Below the pieces are notes generated by a model. It searched no databases, had not been told where the DNA came from, and saw nothing but the letters and a program-made list of their open reading frames with translations. A DNA stretch of 64,000 bases from Pristiophorus japonicus (taxonomy: Eukaryota): the NCBI RefSeq assembly GCF_044704955.1, contig NC_091998.1, forward strand, positions 43,400,001 through 43,464,000, read 5' to 3'. This document shows, piece after piece, positions 59,672 through 64,000 of this stretch (positions within the stretch are counted from its first letter, which is position 1; each line of letters begins with the position of its first letter). A program made the translations under genes and the position numbers.

Positions 59672-59852
59672 CTGAAGCCGATGGCGAGTTTCCAGTTCCA
59701 AGGGCCTGCCTGCTCCCATACACTCCGTGAACCACGCAATATCTACCAAGGCCGCTGTGAATCCAGTTCTGCAAACTCCGTTCTGTTTTTCCAGCAAATC
59801 CAACACCTCATCACCAGTGTTATTCTCAGACACAACATGGGTAACGGATTCA
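59672..59852 (-). CDS. POLM: DNA polymerase mu, exon 2, BRCT domain (ESVTHVVSENNTGDEVLDLL...LVDIAWFTECMGAGRPLELETRHRLQ)
   Basis: ctttgcAG|T...CAG|GTATT, 181 nt, phase 2/0. BRCT motifs THVV and W..ECM.AG.P. Confidence 0.93.
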
Positions 59853-62049
59853 CTGCAAAGAGAAACAGTAAACGTCACAAATTTAAAAATCAAGTAACTA
59901 TCAGTTCCTGAAGATTGGACACAGTACAAAATTGCCCCATGTATAATTCAGAACATGAAGCAAGAACTGAATTCAAATGTCTACATCTGAAACATTAATT
60001 AAATTTTCTCTTTATAAACACTGGCAAACCCGGTGTATTTTTTTTGCTTTACTTTTAGGGAAAAAGATGAACTGCTTAAACTCTTTTCACTACTCGTGCA
60101 GTCTTTAAAGCAAATTGGCTCACGAGGCTGAGCAGGAACCAGATGCAGTTTCTGATAAGTGAAATTAGGAGTTTTCTACAATCACTGTGATACCCAATTC
60201 CATATTTTGTTCTTTGATCTTTGCCCCCTAATTAGTAGACAGATGGAGAGAAACTGCTGCCATTGGCGGAAGGGTTGAGAACCAGAGGACACAGATTTTA
60301 AGGTGATTGGCAAAACAACCAAAGGCGACATGATCGAATACTTTTTTTACGCAATGAGTGGTTAGGATCGGGAATGCACTGCCTGAAAGGGTGGTGGTGG
60401 CAGATTCAAATCGTGGCTTTCAAAACAGAACTGGATAAGCAGCTGAAGGGAAAAATTGCGCAGGGCTACAGGGAAAGGGCGGGGGAGTAGGTCTCGATGA
60501 TGTGCTCTTGCAGAGAGCCGGCATAGACTCGACGGACAAAATGGCCTCCTTCTGAGCTGTAATCACTCGATGACTATGAATTAAATCTCTAATGGCATTG
60601 CTCGCAATAAGTTGGAAGAGTACAACAAATATGCACAAAATGTGTTTTTGTGGCTGGGATTTTTCTCTGCTGCTATGGTCTGTGTATCTGTTGTTTTGCT
60701 TCTACAGTTAGCAGGTCAGGGAGAGCGATAGTGGGAGAATGGGGAGTTCTGGGACACTGGGGGCAGGTGGAATGCTCAGGGTAGGAGAGTGTATTGGCAG
60801 AAGAGGACGGAGATGGGTACTTGTAAAAAGGAGGATGATTATCTGCAGTGTTTCTCAGTTTGTTTCAGCGGATTTATACATATGGAGATCAAGCATGTTT
60901 ATGTTTATGAAAGAAAGGTCTTTTTTTAAAGTTAGTGAGTAAAATATTAACCAAGTAACGTTACTGATTAAACAAACCCAAGTCAAAGGTGGGAAACAGG
61001 ATTTGGGAGGATCAGGTGTTAGCATCAGGGGTAAACAGTACTTAATCTGCTTACAGTAACAACTTGCATGTAAATAGTACCTTTATCATAGAGAAGTAGC
61101 CCAAAATACTGCACAGAGAGGTAATCAAAATAAAATCGTATATCCAGACAAATGAGGAGATATTACGAATGGTGATTTAAAAAAAAACTTGGCCCAAGAG
61201 CTAGGTTTTAAGCCAAATTTTAAAGGTTGGTAGAGAGGCAGAGATGTTTAGGGAGAGAATTCCAGAGCATGATTCCTGGGGAGCTGAAGGCAAAGGAAAC
61301 ACAAGAGGCCAGAGCCATAGGAATGGAGAATTGGAGGGACAGGGGGCTGAAAAAGGTTAGAGACACAGGGAAAGAGGAGACCATGAAGGGGTTTACACAC
61401 AAGGATGAGAATTTTGCATTTGAGGACTGGAGTAAATGCAGATCCGCAGGGACAGGGGCGATGGGTAAATCACAGCCAAGGCCAATCACATCCTCACCCC
61501 GACATCCACTTTCCAGTAGGAGAGTTCTACAGAACTATTGGGAGATGGAACCTTGGCTGAGTTGTACCTTCCGAAGCTAGGTGTGCCAAGGCCAACTATA
61601 ATCTCCTATCAGGTGTGTTAAAGGGACAACAATAAAACATGCAGTGGTAATTCATGACCACGTTTACATGGTCTCAAACTTCCATTTGCAAAAGCTGTGA
61701 AGTAAAGCACTTACTCACGCCATTAATTAATCCTGGTTCCAATGATTATTAACAGGTACAACTAAAGGTCAACAGTGCGAACACATGAAAAATAGTTTGG
61801 CTAATTTGCTAATGAAGAGTTGAAGATGACAAACAGTTTTAAAATTGCCTAAATGTTTGTGCTACTTCATTCCTCTTGCTGCGGCAGTTACGATGTAACT
61901 GGGAACACCGTGCAAATCAGGCTCGTGGCAGTTCTGCTGCATTACTGAAGCCAGCACAGAAAAGATAACACTGCTTAAAATCTCCAGAAAACATAAAGAT
62001 TAGTTTATCCATTTAATTTAATTTTGCTCCCCTCCTAAAGGCATTGACT

Positions 62050-62553
62050 CATAAGAACATAAGAAATAGGAGCAGGAGTAGACCATCTGGCCCCTCGAGC
62101 CTGCTCCGCCATTCATTAAGATCATGGCTGATCTGATCTTGGCCTCAACTCCACTTCCCTTCCCGCTCCCCATATCTCTTGACTCCCTTATCGTTCAAAA
62201 ATCTGTCCATCTCCACCTTAAATATATTAATTGACCCAGCCTCCACAGCTCTCTGGGGTAGAGAATTCCAAGGATTCACGACCCTCAGAGGAGAAATTCT
62301 TCCTCATTTACGTTTTAAATGGGCAACCCCTTTTTCTGAAACTCTAGTTCTAGATTCCCCCACGAGGGGAAACATCCTCTCTGCATCTACCCTGTCAAGC
62401 CCCCTCAGAATCTTATGCGTTTCAATAAGATCACCTCTCAGTCTTCTAAACTCCAATGAGTATAGGCCCAACCTGTTCAACCTTTCTTCATATGACAACC
62501 CCCTTCATCTCAGGAATCAACCTCGTGAACCTTCTCTGAACTGCCTCCAATGC
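62050..62553 (-). mobile_element. CR1 3' fragment
   Basis: Encodes SYEERLNRLGLYSLEFRRLRGDLIE, with a (ttcttatg) tail. Confidence 0.85.
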
Positions 62554-63567
62554 AAGACTCACCGCTGTGATACCTCTGGTAGCTTGCCTCAGTGATTATT
62601 ATCAGCGAGTGCTGGAAAATGATTCAACACCATTGCACCTGACCCCAATCCTATCCTCACCCAATGTTTACCCATATGCATTTCCAATAAGATCGCTGGG
62701 TGTCGATCAGAAGCAGAAATCTGACCAGTATTTCCCTGTCTCAATCAGGAATTCTTTGTAAAATTCCTACTGCTATGGAGATCAACCACAAACAGAAACC
62801 AAGGGTTTATCTGAAGCTTTCCTGTTCTGTGTGGCCCCGCTGCTCACTAGTTTAGCTTGCGCAGTTATTGAGGGAGCTAATGAATTACAAAAATTAACAG
62901 AAGAAAAGGAATACTATATCTATATGCAAGTGCTTTAGTTTTATTTAGCACAAGTATAAGAGTGAAATGCCTCCTTCTCACTCATGTTACACCACCAATA
63001 TTCTGTCACATACCAACAATATAGGATACTCAAGCTGATAATTACAACTGTACAAGTCGTGGGCCAATCAATTGGTAATTTATGTAGAGTGCAAGACCCA
63101 TTGAAGTACAGTCTACAGCATCACCACCCCACCTACAGCAAAAGTATATCGTAGAGGCATTTTTCAATTTAATTTAATTGAACAAGTCATGAGAATGCAT
63201 GTTGCATCACATGCATAGAACATGTCATAAGAATGCACGCTGCATCACATGCATTGCACAAGTCATAAGAATGTTGAGACAAGTTATTGAGTAACTTATA
63301 TTGAGTATACTGCTTCTGATTTCACAACAGCACAAGCTGTTTTTGTTGTACCCAATAACTTCCCTAATTACTGAGGAAATTCAGTGAATCATGCCAAAAT
63401 CTTTTGTACCTGGATAGGGTGCCTTTTCCTCCATTATTGTAAAGGGCTCTGTACTGCAACCAAGATCATTTTAACAAGAGGAGATGCAATTAAAATGCAG
63501 TAAAAACTCAAATACTCGGTTGTCTTTAGGTAATGTGTTCTCCTGCCTGCAATCTATCCCATATTCC

Positions 63568-63770
63568 ATCATCATCATTATAGGCAGTCCCTCGGAATCG
63601 AGGAAGATTTGCTTCCACTCTAAAAATGAGTCCTTAGGTGGCTGAACAGTCCAATATGAGAACCACAGTCCCGGTCACAGGTGGGACAGATAGTCGTTGA
63701 GGGAAAGGGTGGGTGGGACTGGTTTGCCGCACGCTCCTTCCGCTGCCTGTGCTTGATTTCTGTATGCTCA
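63568..63770 (-). mobile_element. RTE LINE 3' end fragment
   Basis: catcatcat...aggcagtccctcg tail and zinc-finger coding end, matching 53543-53750. Confidence 0.8.
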
Positions 63771-64000
63771 CTTCACTATCCTATGTCCTGCCAACCTCCA
63801 ATAGCACTCCATTCCCTCAGTGCACTGATTTCAAAATCTCTCCTTGGCTTTGCAGCATTTTACCTCTGAAACTTCCTTCAGGCCTGCGCATACACCTACG
63901 ATTGGCACCACTTAACCCCACCTCCTGACCCAGATCAGTGGCACAGCTTTGCTATTATTCTGCAATTCTCTTTCTTAATCCATCTGTTTTGCTGCTTCTC

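Noticed and set aside
59853-64000. POLM exon 1
   Set aside because: No BRCT N-terminal coding sequence (MG.SRR.FL..LAR.KGF-like) or CpG island was found. It probably lies beyond the window.

Overview
Vertebrate genomic DNA, most likely from a shark. This is inferred from SacSINE1-like DeuSINEs, esterase-ORF1 CR1 LINEs, RTE LINEs and Penelope fragments. Two protein-coding genes lie in tandem on the minus strand. The first is a family-X DNA polymerase, best called POLM (DNA polymerase mu), with exons 2-11 at 59852->27485; exon 1 was not found and is probably right of the window. The second is the 5' part of NUDCD3, with exons 1-2 at 5963->1107. All exon phases were checked by hand and splice into open frames. 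Much of the remaining sequence is transposable elements. The intergenic region holds a 15.4-kb multi-layer nest: an outer CR1 contains a second CR1, which in turn holds a Mag-like Gypsy element, a lokiretrovirus-like endogenous element (itself hit by a young CR1) and an RTE-derived SINE. POLM introns hold a full-length CR1 with a 70-bp TATA-containing monomer array at its 5' end, a near full-length RTE and two LINE inverted-repeat pairs. The most notable observations are: (1) the Pol mu is a mosaic of Pol mu and TdT diagnostic motifs, with unusual active-site substitutions; (2) an LTR element with spuma-like RT, retrovirus-type RNase H and a tRNA-Ala PBS; (3) the monomer-array promoter of the CR1. 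Comparisons to reference proteins and tRNAs are from memory, and no database searches were run.
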